Origin: Verrucomicrobiota bacterium
Lineage (GTDB): Bacteria; Verrucomicrobiota; Verrucomicrobiia; Opitutales; Cerasicoccaceae
Length of the DNA: 64,000 bases
Direction: 5' to 3'
Assembly: GCA_039818205.1 (NCBI GenBank)
Contig: JBCBUK010000011.1
Location: forward strand, 1-64,000
Below are positions 50,613 through 59,751 of this stretch, piece after piece. Each line of letters starts with the position of its first letter. Position 1 is the first letter of the stretch. Under the pieces are notes generated by a model. The model did not search any database and was not told where the DNA came from. It was given only the letters and a program-made list of their open reading frames with translations. The translations under genes were made by a program, and so were the position numbers.

Positions 50613-51590
50613 ATGAGCACTGATAATCAAGAAACGCCAGAGACCATCGAGGCACCCGCCGAGCAGAATCAAGAGGTAGATCTAAGCGCCGAGCGCGAAG
50701 ATATCCTACGCGATTTGCGCGGTGAGGCTCCGGAAGCCATTGAGGAATCGGAACCCTTAGACGATCAAGTCGAGGCGCAAGCAAACCAACCGAAAGAAGA
50801 ATCCGACACGCCGGCACCTGAAAAGCAGGAACCGGCTACAACCGACAAAGCACCCAGCAAATACGAGCAGGCCCAACAGAAAGAACAAGAACGCAAAGAT
50901 CGGTCCTGGAGGAAGCTTAACGAGCAAAAGGAAAAACTCGAGGAAGAGCGAGAAGCCTTTGCCCGTGAGCGGTCCGAATGGGAACAAGGTCGTCAGCAGA
51001 ACCAACGCCAACAGAATAGCTCTGAATTGACGCCGGATGATTTCCGGCAAGCAGCGGTTCAATGGCGCCGGGATGCTGAAGAGGCAGAAAAAACGGGCGA
51101 TCTTGACAAGGCTGCCGCGTTGAGAAGTCAAGCTGAAGCTGCCGAGCAACATGCATCGAAGATTACGAGTATGCCCGCACAGGATGAGCAGAACACTCGC
51201 GAGTCGTTCGAAAGCCAGTATCGTGCACAGCTGAAGCAACAGCAGATCGACGGCTGGCAAGTTCAGGTTCAAAAGTATCCGGAACTGCGCCAGAAAGGCA
51301 GCGAGCTGAATAGCGCTGTTGTTGGGATCTATAAGCAGCATCCAGGCCTTAATCAAACACCTGACGGGCCAGCGGTAGTCATGGAGCTGATTGAACTACG
51401 CAAAACGGGTGCCCGCGTGTCGGATTTGGAAGCGGACAAAAATAAACTTACGCAGCGCGTGGCCGAGCTAGAGGCTGCCCTGTCGCCAGGCGGCGGCGGT
51501 GCGCCCCCAGGCCCAAGCGATCCGAAGCCGTTTGACTCTCTGTCGATGGAGGGACAACGAGCATCAATCTTGAACGATATCGATCGCTAG
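50613..51590 (+). CDS. Capsid scaffolding protein
   Basis: Acidic coiled-coil protein directly before the MCP. Confidence 0.75.
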   Translation: MSTDNQETPETIEAPAEQNQEVDLSAEREDILRDLRGEAPEAIEESEPLDDQVEAQANQPKEESDTPAPEKQEPATTDKAPSKYEQAQQKEQERKDRSWRKLNEQKEKLEEEREAFARERSEWEQGRQQNQRQQNSSELTPDDFRQAAVQWRRDAEEAEKTGDLDKAAALRSQAEAAEQHASKITSMPAQDEQNTRESFESQYRAQLKQQQIDGWQVQVQKYPELRQKGSELNSAVVGIYKQHPGLNQTPDGPAVVMELIELRKTGARVSDLEADKNKLTQRVAELEAALSPGGGGAPPGPSDPKPFDSLSMEGQRASILNDIDR

Positions 51591-51635
51591 GCCAGCAACC
51601 ACGTGCGGCGCAGAACATAAGGAGATAAAAACATC

Positions 51636-52643
51636 ATGGCAATGGAGACCACAACCAATCCAGCCAGCGTCGCAAATCGCCAGCAGCGCTACTTTGACCG
51701 CATGCTGTTGGAACACGCGGTAAACGAATTGCGTCTTTCCGAATTCGCAATGAAGCGGGATTTGCCCCGAAAAATGGGCACCCTTGACATGCGCTTTTTC
51801 CGTCGGCAGGTCGCTGACGAATCAAACGTTGTCACCTTGACCGAAGGCACGCCGCCAAACCAATACGTTGAAAACGATATGGAGCACGTCGACGTGACTC
51901 TTGCTCAGCTGGGCGAAGTTACGAAGCTTTCCGATATCCGCAGCGAGATTGATATCTTCAACGCGCTTGATCAGAACATCGAGCTGATGGCTGAAGATGC
52001 GGCCTTGAAGTGCGATAGTATTGTCCGCAATGCAATCTTGTCGGGTATGTTGAACTCCGACAATGTTCACGAACGTTTCGGCGCGATTACACCAACCGGT
52101 GATTCATCGGCGGATTTCACGACTCTCGATCCCGCGGCAGCGGCATCGCACCAAATCACAAGGGCCCGTGCACTTGGTAACCTAACGGCCCTCAAAGTCG
52201 CTAAGGCCCCTCGTTATAACGGGAACTACATCTGTATCCTGCCGCCACAGTTGGAGCATGACATGCGCCAAGACTCCACGATCGAAGCAGCATGGACACG
52301 CAGCGACGTGAAGAAGCTGTATGCCGATGAACTTGGCGTCGTTGATGGCATTCGCTACGTGAGTGCAACGAATCCGTTCATCGAGTCAAACACCTACGGC
52401 ACCTATAACGCCGCCGGAGATATCTTTGCCGCTCTTTTCTTCGGCAAAAATGCGTTCGGTTGCCCGAAGCTGAAGGGAACTAGCAGCCCCCACAAGCCAA
52501 GCGTGATTATCAATGATAAGCCCGACAAGAGCGACCCATTGAATCAGTTCATCGTTGCTGGCTGGAAGGCACTCTACGCTGGCGTCCTGTTAAATAGCGC
52601 GTTCTGCACCGTGCACCGTTTCAAGTCAACCTGGCAGGGCTGA
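51636..52643 (+). CDS. Major capsid protein (N4-gp56-like)
   Basis: LTEGTPP, VTLAQLG, ELG.VDGIRY, DKSDPLNQ..AGWK; AAGGAG RBS. Confidence 0.9.
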   Translation: MAMETTTNPASVANRQQRYFDRMLLEHAVNELRLSEFAMKRDLPRKMGTLDMRFFRRQVADESNVVTLTEGTPPNQYVENDMEHVDVTLAQLGEVTKLSDIRSEIDIFNALDQNIELMAEDAALKCDSIVRNAILSGMLNSDNVHERFGAITPTGDSSADFTTLDPAAAASHQITRARALGNLTALKVAKAPRYNGNYICILPPQLEHDMRQDSTIEAAWTRSDVKKLYADELGVVDGIRYVSATNPFIESNTYGTYNAAGDIFAALFFGKNAFGCPKLKGTSSPHKPSVIINDKPDKSDPLNQFIVAGWKALYAGVLLNSAFCTVHRFKSTWQG

Positions 52644-52669
52644 TTTTTCTATATCGTCGTTAGTTAACA

Positions 52670-52699
52670 GGGGGGCCGGGACAAGGTGCCCGGTTCCCC
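52670..52699 (+). repeat. GC-rich hairpin after the MCP (stabiliser or weak terminator)
   Basis: GGGGGGCCGGG..CCCGGTTCCCC; no U-tract. Confidence 0.5.
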
Positions 52700-52719
52700 G
52701 CAAATTCAGTTAGTTAGTC

Positions 52720-52971
52720 ATGAAAGAAATCTGCGTTAACACCACCAGCCTTTCCGCTCCAGGCGAAGGCGAACAAATGATACCGCCAGAGAATGGCGAC
52801 CGCATCAGCGTTCAGATTGAGGGAATCGTGTCCCGGATCGAAGGCGATCGAACCTATATCAACGCGGAGACCGCCAACGGCGAGCCACTACCAGAGGAGC
52901 TGGCCCCGATGGAAGAACCGAGCCTAGACGCCGAACGCGCGGCGCTCGAAGCCGAAATGGAGAAATACTAG
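52720..52971 (+). CDS. Hypothetical acidic phage protein
   Basis: 83 aa in the late operon. Confidence 0.6.
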   Translation: MKEICVNTTSLSAPGEGEQMIPPENGDRISVQIEGIVSRIEGDRTYINAETANGEPLPEELAPMEEPSLDAERAALEAEMEKY

Positions 52972-52974
52972 GCC

Positions 52975-53163
52975 ATGAACAAACTAACGAAGAATCCAGC
53001 AACAGTTGGGAGTCTAAGCGGGCTAGCCGGTTTCGCGCTTGGTCTTTTTTCGGGAGATTTTTCCAACGATGTCACCGGCAAAATAATTTTCGGCCTAGTG
53101 GTCTGCTTCATCATTGGAGCCGTCTCTTGGGTCACAGTCCAAAACAACAAGAACAACCCATAA
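52975..53163 (+). CDS. Small two-TM membrane protein, holin candidate
   Basis: 62 aa with two hydrophobic segments. Confidence 0.55.
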   Translation: MNKLTKNPATVGSLSGLAGFALGLFSGDFSNDVTGKIIFGLVVCFIIGAVSWVTVQNNKNNP

Positions 53164-53747
53164 TGAAACAGCATATCGCTTTTCTCACTATTGCCGCGCT
53201 AATTAGCGTGTTCGTCCTGACCGGTTGCATCGGAACGCCAGACAGCAAGCCTGGCAAAATGATCATTGTGCAGGAGACGACGCTCGGAGAATACGAATCT
53301 AAAACGACGGTCGAAGTTCCTCAAGATGTCCGCGGCGGTCTTTTCTACTTCGAGGGCCCAACACTCGACAGCGATCTTGAAAACCTTGAGGATCTCGGCG
53401 AACTCGCACAGGTGCTTTCCACTCAGGAGCAAGAAGCCTTTAAGAATCTTGTTGCTTCAGGAGCCGACGATGAGACGAAACACAGTTGGCTTGTCGAGCT
53501 ATTCGGAGACAAAGGCTACATCGTGCATTCGCCGGTATTGGATAAATCACACCGAGGTTTCCGAGTGCTCTTGATCAATGGAGAGATCGAAAACAATCCG
53601 GAAGTAATTGCCGCGACCGTCGAACTCTCAAAGGCGATTAGCGAGAATAACAAAGAAGCTATGATGCATTCTTTAACGGTGCTCAAAGAACTGGGTGTCG
53701 AGCTAGGGCCGCAAATTATCGAACAGTTAGTCACGCCGGGGCTTTAA
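53163..53747 (+). CDS. Phage lipoprotein
   Basis: MKQHIAFLTIAALISVFVLTGC lipobox. Confidence 0.65.
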   Translation: MKQHIAFLTIAALISVFVLTGCIGTPDSKPGKMIIVQETTLGEYESKTTVEVPQDVRGGLFYFEGPTLDSDLENLEDLGELAQVLSTQEQEAFKNLVASGADDETKHSWLVELFGDKGYIVHSPVLDKSHRGFRVLLINGEIENNPEVIAATVELSKAISENNKEAMMHSLTVLKELGVELGPQIIEQLVTPGL

Positions 53748-53750
53748 GCA

Positions 53751-54002
53751 ATGATTCGTATTTTCATTTTAGGTTTGGTATTGGTTCTGGGGGCAGCTTG
53801 CACTGACCCCCAGCCACCAATACCAGCGCCGGTTACGGGAGAAATCAGTGTGGTTCGTGAGATCGAGCTGACTGAGAACCTAGCGCTTGCTTACAAAGCG
53901 GATCCCGAAACCGACCCATCTACGATACTGCCTGAAGGCCTCAAGCCTTCCGTTGAATCAAGGATCATCAACCAAGCAAAATCAATCGCCCGTATCGAAT
54001 GA
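53751..54002 (+). CDS. Small Pro-rich lipoprotein (o-spanin-like candidate)
   Basis: LGAAC lipobox followed by PQPPIPAP. Confidence 0.55.
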   Translation: MIRIFILGLVLVLGAACTDPQPPIPAPVTGEISVVREIELTENLALAYKADPETDPSTILPEGLKPSVESRIINQAKSIARIE

Positions 54003-54190
54003 AGGCAGCTTTAAACATGTTTGTTGATTCCGAGGCCTTAAGCCGCCTCGAGTCCGGAAGCTACGATTCAATCGTATTGCACCGAAAGAATGATCATTGG
54101 CAGGTGAGGACCTACGCAGCGGGTGGTGAACCAATCAAAGTAAAACTCGAAATTCAAGCAGATGAGTGTCCGGAAACAGTTGAGGAATAA
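53999..54190 (+). CDS. Hypothetical small protein
   Basis: 63 aa, overlaps both neighbours. Confidence 0.4.
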   Translation: MKAALNMFVDSEALSRLESGSYDSIVLHRKNDHWQVRTYAAGGEPIKVKLEIQADECPETVEE

Positions 54191-55010
54191 GACTTGGCGC
54201 ATTCGCCGGCGTTTTGATCGGACGCCAAAGGTCACGAAGATGCTTGGCCTGAAGGTGTCCGACAGGCCAACGGGTTTGCCAAGCTATAAACCATTTGGTG
54301 GACCGATGAAAGATCGTGAAGACATCGGCCACTTGCGCCCGGGCGAGCTTCGCTATCAATACAGGACGAGCGCATGTGTCGGTTTTGCAGGCGCAACCGC
54401 AATTGGTATTTTAGCAACTCAGTTCCTTGCAAATCCAAGTCGAGTACCACAATTCTCGGCCTTCTGGAACTACTGGTTTGCTCGCGATGAGTGGGGAATC
54501 ACCAACAAGGATGAGGGGAGTTTTGTCGAAGATGGCATTCGAGTAATGGAAAAGTTTGGGGCGGTCGATGTCCGTTGGATGGATGACGACACCCACCCAT
54601 TGGAAGCTCCGCCGAGAGTTCCCGAAGAAGAGCGTTTTCGCATAACCGATCACCGAGAGATTAGACTTTGGAATGCATCCGACCGTGCGCATGCTGCTGA
54701 AGCAATTTGTGACTGCATTTCGAATGGTCTGCCGGTGATTATTGGAATCGCAACGGCCCATGCCGTGAACAGTTCTACTCAACGCACGGGGCGCTTTACG
54801 GTTCCAGCAAATCTTAGTGGCATTCACCCCGATCATGCAGTTTGCATCGTAGGCTTTTTCTTTGATCAGGGAAAGTTGTGGTTTCGATTCGAGAACTCTT
54901 GGGGCACGCGCTGGGGTGATCATGGCTACGGATACTTTCCAGCAGAGTATTTGCTGCATAGTGCGCTCAGTCTTTCGGCTCAAACATTCAGTTTCGATTA
55001 TCAATTCTAA
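54162..55010 (+). CDS. Papain-family (C1) cysteine peptidase
   Basis: Q....SACVGFA, HAVCIVG, ENSWG..WGD.GY; no signal peptide. Confidence 0.88.
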   Translation: MSVRKQLRNKTWRIRRRFDRTPKVTKMLGLKVSDRPTGLPSYKPFGGPMKDREDIGHLRPGELRYQYRTSACVGFAGATAIGILATQFLANPSRVPQFSAFWNYWFARDEWGITNKDEGSFVEDGIRVMEKFGAVDVRWMDDDTHPLEAPPRVPEEERFRITDHREIRLWNASDRAHAAEAICDCISNGLPVIIGIATAHAVNSSTQRTGRFTVPANLSGIHPDHAVCIVGFFFDQGKLWFRFENSWGTRWGDHGYGYFPAEYLLHSALSLSAQTFSFDYQF

Positions 55011-55022
55011 TCTTAATTAACT

Positions 55023-55214
55023 ATGCCTCCAAACAACGATAGACAGCTGGGCTGGAAAGCCTTTTTCGTAGCTCTTGCTTTGCTTCAAACGGTAACGATG
55101 GGAATCGGATGGCGCGTATACGATACCGTAACCTCTAACAGTATGAAGCTTGTCGAAATAGAAACGCGACAAGAAGAGGCTATCATACCGCGCTTGGAGG
55201 CGTTGGAGAGGTAG
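55023..55214 (+). CDS. Single-TM small protein (holin/antiholin-like candidate)
   Basis: One TM helix plus coiled-coil tail. Confidence 0.5.
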   Translation: MPPNNDRQLGWKAFFVALALLQTVTMGIGWRVYDTVTSNSMKLVEIETRQEEAIIPRLEALER

Positions 55215-55216
55215 TC

Positions 55217-55486
55217 ATGCCGCTTTATAATTACAGAAACTGCATTACGGGTGAAGTTGAGGAGCACTTCCGAACGATTGCCGAACGTGATATGGTTCCG
55301 GGACACCTCAAGCGCGAATTCGTGATGCCCCGGATGCAGATACAGACTGGCGCGCCGGATCCTGATGATTCTGACCATGCCGCCCCGCGCGCATTGAAGG
55401 AAATTGAAGAGAAGCACGGGGCTGACTATGTAGCCCGTGAAACGGGATACAGCACGAAACAACTAAAGGAAATTTGGGGTAGCTAA
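55217..55486 (+). CDS. FmdB-like phage protein (degenerate zinc ribbon)
   Basis: [16 protein letters not shown]. Confidence 0.5.
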   Translation: MPLYNYRNCITGEVEEHFRTIAERDMVPGHLKREFVMPRMQIQTGAPDPDDSDHAAPRALKEIEEKHGADYVARETGYSTKQLKEIWGS

Positions 55487-56130
55487 TGTCTGTTGAAATC
55501 CAGACTCCACTTTTAGCGCGCCAGCGGCAAACATTCGAGGCTGCCGCTCCGGCGGATGCATCAAGCGTGCAAGGAAATTTGGACGAGCACGAAGCAGAAC
55601 CGAATCCGCATAGCGATAGTGCCTCACAGACATCGTTGACTGCCCATGAGGGTGCGGCAAACCCGCATTCTGGTAGTCAGGCACAAGACGCCATACTTGA
55701 TGCGTTGGCGGCGCTGACGACCGCCGCTGATCAGCTAATCTATTGCACGGGATCCGATAGCCTGGCTCTTACCGCATTTACGGCATTTGCCCGTAGTCTT
55801 CTTGATGATGTCGACGCAGCGGCGGCGCGTTCCACTTTGGGCGCTGTTGGCAATACCGGTGAGGAAAGCATCTTCGGTGACAAAACTTTTAGCGGGGCGA
55901 CTCAGTTTGCGGGAGTTGGATTTTTTAATACCAACCCGACAACGACGCAGCCAAGCAGCGCGGATCAAGCGGATCCGGGTGAACTGGAAACCGCGGATCT
56001 ACCAGTCGACAGCAGTTATGTTCAAAGCGAAATACAGGCGCTGAGAGACGAAATCGTGAACACTAGAATTTTAGCACGCGCCTTGCGCGATGCCCTCGTA
56101 ACCCTTGGAGCAATGAAAGGAAGCGCATAA
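55486..56130 (+). CDS. Short fibre / tail-needle-like protein
   Basis: Tail-fibre motif [34 protein letters not shown]22 gp26-like end [17 protein letters not shown]. Confidence 0.6.
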   Translation: MSVEIQTPLLARQRQTFEAAAPADASSVQGNLDEHEAEPNPHSDSASQTSLTAHEGAANPHSGSQAQDAILDALAALTTAADQLIYCTGSDSLALTAFTAFARSLLDDVDAAAARSTLGAVGNTGEESIFGDKTFSGATQFAGVGFFNTNPTTTQPSSADQADPGELETADLPVDSSYVQSEIQALRDEIVNTRILARALRDALVTLGAMKGSA

Positions 56131-56131
56131 A

Positions 56132-58918
56132 ATGAGCCTACCAACCATTCAACGGATCACCGCCGATGACGAAGAGATCAATCGAGAAAAATGGAACACC
56201 AATGCTGATGCGATTCAGATCGTCTATTTGGCTAGTGGGCGAAAGATTGATACCTTCGCGAATTTGCGCGCACTAAGCGGCGATGAGCTGAGCGGTAGTG
56301 TCACGGTGCTAGGAAAAAGTGCAGTAGACGACCAGCTTGGCGGAATCTTCTATTGGAACTCGGGCTCAATTGCAGTTGACGATGATAAGGATACGTTGGC
56401 ACCTGACTCGGGAGGAACTGGGCGCTGGCTGCGACTGGTTACCGGTAAGGAAACCGACCTGCAGGCAGAAGTCAGCTCGATAAACAGTAGTATCGCCACG
56501 ATCGAAACTGAAAAGGCAAACGCTGACGGCAGCAACCTGACATCGGAATCGGTCAACGAAGGAAACCTTGATGCGACGTCGCAGGCAAAGCTAAACGCGA
56601 ATGATGGTGCGTTTCAAAGCTATCACGATTGCACAGGCTCCGCGCCGTCAACTGCAGGCCTCGTTGCAAACAAGGACTACTACCGAGTGCGTGTCGCAGG
56701 CAATGGCTTTACCGAAACAGATATCATGCTCTTCAATGGGGGTTCCGCTGGTGACTATACGGACTTTACTGCCGTTCCCAATTCGGCCCCTTTACCTGCC
56801 GATAAATCGATAACTCAGAAGAAACTTGATGTCGGCTTGTCGAGACGTTGGGACAGCGCCGCTGATAGCATCTGGGTAGGAAGTGTCTCAAATCCCACAG
56901 CCACAAGTTTCGATGTGACGGCGGGCGTATCTCAGGTTGCACGGTATTTCTTCGATGTATTCGAAGGCCAAGTTGTAAGGGTGAGTTTCAACGCTACTTC
57001 ATTGGTAGGGTTGAGTTCGCTAACTTTGCGAGAAAGCAACGTGTCAACCGTCATGGGTGACAAAAATTTTGGAATCAATGATCTCATGGTCGGTGATAAC
57101 ACCATTGAATTTGTTGCCCAAAAAGACCAGACGAACGCATGTGTAATATTCACCTACGGGTCTTCAAATACCGGTGCCACCGTAACAAATACCAGGATCG
57201 ATGTTTACGGAGACGATGATTCGGAAATTCGAGAAAACCGAAGCAATCGTTCTGACGTGGACTCAATTTCAGCGGTATGGGGAGGACGCACATTTCGCAC
57301 GACTCGCTTTGTCAGATCCGGAGACGTGGCAAATGCACTGTCTGATGGCTTTACGGTTCCAGCTAACGAGAATTCAACCGGCTATTACGGCAATTTCACG
57401 GTCGCGATTGGGCAAACCGTCACCTTGACCTTCGATTGTGACGACGGCTCAGCGATCAGCCAGATCCGGTTATCTGAGCTAGATGGCACGGTCGCATCGA
57501 ACCAAGTATTTGGAACCTTCTTAACTGGTAGCAATACCGTTGTGCTAACATCGATCTTCGCCGGAGAGGTTCGTGTTCAGTTCGTTGTCGCTGCATCAGG
57601 GTCGAATGTTAATATTACCAACTTTCGATGCTTTGTTCATGGTCCGGGTGAAGCGCGCTTACTGGCCGTTGAAACACTTGCTCAGACGAACTCGACCAAC
57701 AATCAAATTCAAGATGGGCGTATTGATGAGCTAGATTCGTTGAGTGAATCGATTGATCACCTGGCGTTCTTTTCAAGTCTAGGAGGTTCCTTTTCGGATG
57801 GAAGCAGTGCCGTAGCTACAATGCCAGCTCTAGATTTTGGCACTAAAGATCACTCCGTCTCTGTGATCTGCGCTCGCCCGGCGCATAGTTCAATTGTTTG
57901 GTCGAACGTGAGCGCCAATCTTGGGGAACAGCTTTGGTGGAACGGAGACGGGACATTTACCCTGAAGATCGGCAACGGTGCCAATCTTACGACTCACGTC
58001 TTTACGACCACAAATCGAGCGCATGTATCGGTCGGCGAGCTTGTCCGAGTCTTCGTTACGATTCGTCGCGCGGGTGACATGGTGGTCTACATCAACGAAG
58101 TGCCGCTACACGCGATTGACGGCACTATCGAATTTCTTGATATTTCGAGCGCTTCCGCTCAAACGGTTTCGAGTGGCGCGAGCTGGAATTTTGGTTCCGA
58201 TGGTGCAAATCACTTTCCGTTTATGCTGTTAGGCATAGCGACTTTCGAAGAAGGCGCTCCACCATTCTCCGAGGTGGTTCGCCGCAAGAAGAATCCAGCT
58301 CTATGGCGCTCTACGGTTTATCGTTCAAAAGTCATACTTGATGATTTCAACTGGGATGATCTCAGCAGCCCCAATGCAGTTTTAACGAACAATGTTGATG
58401 ACCAAGCGGGAGAGGATGACTGGATACGGTTGGCACTGGAAGGCGATAGCGACAACACTACGCATTACCTCAATATTGCCAGTGGTGACGCCTGGTTTGA
58501 CAGCGTTGAAAATGGCGATGATTTGCGGATTGAACTATTGGTCTATGCTCCTGATTCGAATACGCTGGTAGACGCTTTACGGATCGACACAACGGCTAGC
58601 AGCTCTTCCGAAACGACTCAGCTTGTCGCCGTAGGATTCGATATGCCCACTGGTTATGCCTATAGGCTTACCGGCAGTGGAATCGTTTCGGGATGGTCCA
58701 CTGATATCGGACGTTTGCGAATATTTATGGGGTCATCTTCCAACACTTCAACCTTTGGCGATGGTGGGTCAACGGAGGCGATTTTCCTGAAACAACCGAT
58801 ACTATTCGTCAATGGCTTGAAGCGTATCATCGACTTTTCGGTATCGGGTTTGACGAAGCCCGATCTAATAGGGGGAAGTGACGCTAGTCGCGACTCAAAC
58901 GCTTCGGATTTAATCTAA
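56132..58918 (+). CDS. Tailspike/receptor-binding protein
   Basis: N-terminal GGIFYW..DD..GRWLR tailspike-type domain, repeated beta modules, short coiled coil, LamG-like segment. Confidence 0.7.
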   Translation: MSLPTIQRITADDEEINREKWNTNADAIQIVYLASGRKIDTFANLRALSGDELSGSVTVLGKSAVDDQLGGIFYWNSGSIAVDDDKDTLAPDSGGTGRWLRLVTGKETDLQAEVSSINSSIATIETEKANADGSNLTSESVNEGNLDATSQAKLNANDGAFQSYHDCTGSAPSTAGLVANKDYYRVRVAGNGFTETDIMLFNGGSAGDYTDFTAVPNSAPLPADKSITQKKLDVGLSRRWDSAADSIWVGSVSNPTATSFDVTAGVSQVARYFFDVFEGQVVRVSFNATSLVGLSSLTLRESNVSTVMGDKNFGINDLMVGDNTIEFVAQKDQTNACVIFTYGSSNTGATVTNTRIDVYGDDDSEIRENRSNRSDVDSISAVWGGRTFRTTRFVRSGDVANALSDGFTVPANENSTGYYGNFTVAIGQTVTLTFDCDDGSAISQIRLSELDGTVASNQVFGTFLTGSNTVVLTSIFAGEVRVQFVVAASGSNVNITNFRCFVHGPGEARLLAVETLAQTNSTNNQIQDGRIDELDSLSESIDHLAFFSSLGGSFSDGSSAVATMPALDFGTKDHSVSVICARPAHSSIVWSNVSANLGEQLWWNGDGTFTLKIGNGANLTTHVFTTTNRAHVSVGELVRVFVTIRRAGDMVVYINEVPLHAIDGTIEFLDISSASAQTVSSGASWNFGSDGANHFPFMLLGIATFEEGAPPFSEVVRRKKNPALWRSTVYRSKVILDDFNWDDLSSPNAVLTNNVDDQAGEDDWIRLALEGDSDNTTHYLNIASGDAWFDSVENGDDLRIELLVYAPDSNTLVDALRIDTTASSSSETTQLVAVGFDMPTGYAYRLTGSGIVSGWSTDIGRLRIFMGSSSNTSTFGDGGSTEAIFLKQPILFVNGLKRIIDFSVSGLTKPDLIGGSDASRDSNASDLI

Positions 58919-58929
58919 ATTTTTGAACA

Positions 58930-59742
58930 ATGAATACACCAATTAGACTCGAAGACGCTAGGGAATGGAACGTGGTAGTCTGCATGGGACAAAGCCTCAT
59001 GAACGGCCCGGGCATTCAGTCCTACGCAGCCGTTGACCGAGGCAATGATCATCGATTGATTGAATTAACCAACGGCAAGCAGAATGGTGTGTATACGTTT
59101 GCCGAGCGCATGAACTCAACGGGCTTTCCCGATGACTACAATTTTGGGCTCAACGTCAGTGCAGGGCGGCAACTAGCAAAGCGCGGCTTGCGCAATCTCG
59201 TAACACTCAAACACGCCGTTGGGGGCCATTCAATCACCGCCTTTATTCCCGAGGGAGATAGGCTGGAGCCGATACCTGGCGGGCAGGCTGATCAAAGTGA
59301 GCGGGCGGTGGAAGGCTTTGAAGACGCGTTTAAGCGTCTCGGCCAGTTCGGTGCGACGGTCAATTTTCTTGGATTCATCTGGTTTCAGGGTTCGAGTGAT
59401 CGAAGCGATGCGAACCTCTACAATAACTACCAAGCGCATCTGACGAGCTTGCTTAGCCATTACCGAACGAACGTATCGCTGGCAGACGGCAACACACCCT
59501 GGCTGATTGGGCGAAGTCCGAATTGGCAAGCACCTAGCGCACCCGCCGGTGGTTTGCTTACAGTTCGAAATGCACAAGAAGCCGTAGGCGCTGCCGATGC
59601 TAACGCCGTGACCGTCTCAATCGATGATCCGCTAGGAGTAGCGATCACCTATTCCGACGGAACTCACCCAGAGCCAGCTTCATCGGAACGCATCGGCGTG
59701 GTATTGGGTAACGCTTTTTATGACTTATTTGTGGTTTCTTAA
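58930..59742 (+). CDS. SASA/SGNH-family acetylesterase
   Basis: GQSL..G, WFQGSSD, V..AQ, DGTHP. Confidence 0.8.
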   Translation: MNTPIRLEDAREWNVVVCMGQSLMNGPGIQSYAAVDRGNDHRLIELTNGKQNGVYTFAERMNSTGFPDDYNFGLNVSAGRQLAKRGLRNLVTLKHAVGGHSITAFIPEGDRLEPIPGGQADQSERAVEGFEDAFKRLGQFGATVNFLGFIWFQGSSDRSDANLYNNYQAHLTSLLSHYRTNVSLADGNTPWLIGRSPNWQAPSAPAGGLLTVRNAQEAVGAADANAVTVSIDDPLGVAITYSDGTHPEPASSERIGVVLGNAFYDLFVVS

Positions 59743-59751
59743 TTCTAACCT

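Noticed and set aside
52600..52720. T7-style programmed frameshift extending the major capsid protein
   Set aside because: No slippery heptamer near the stop, and the hairpin lies well after it.
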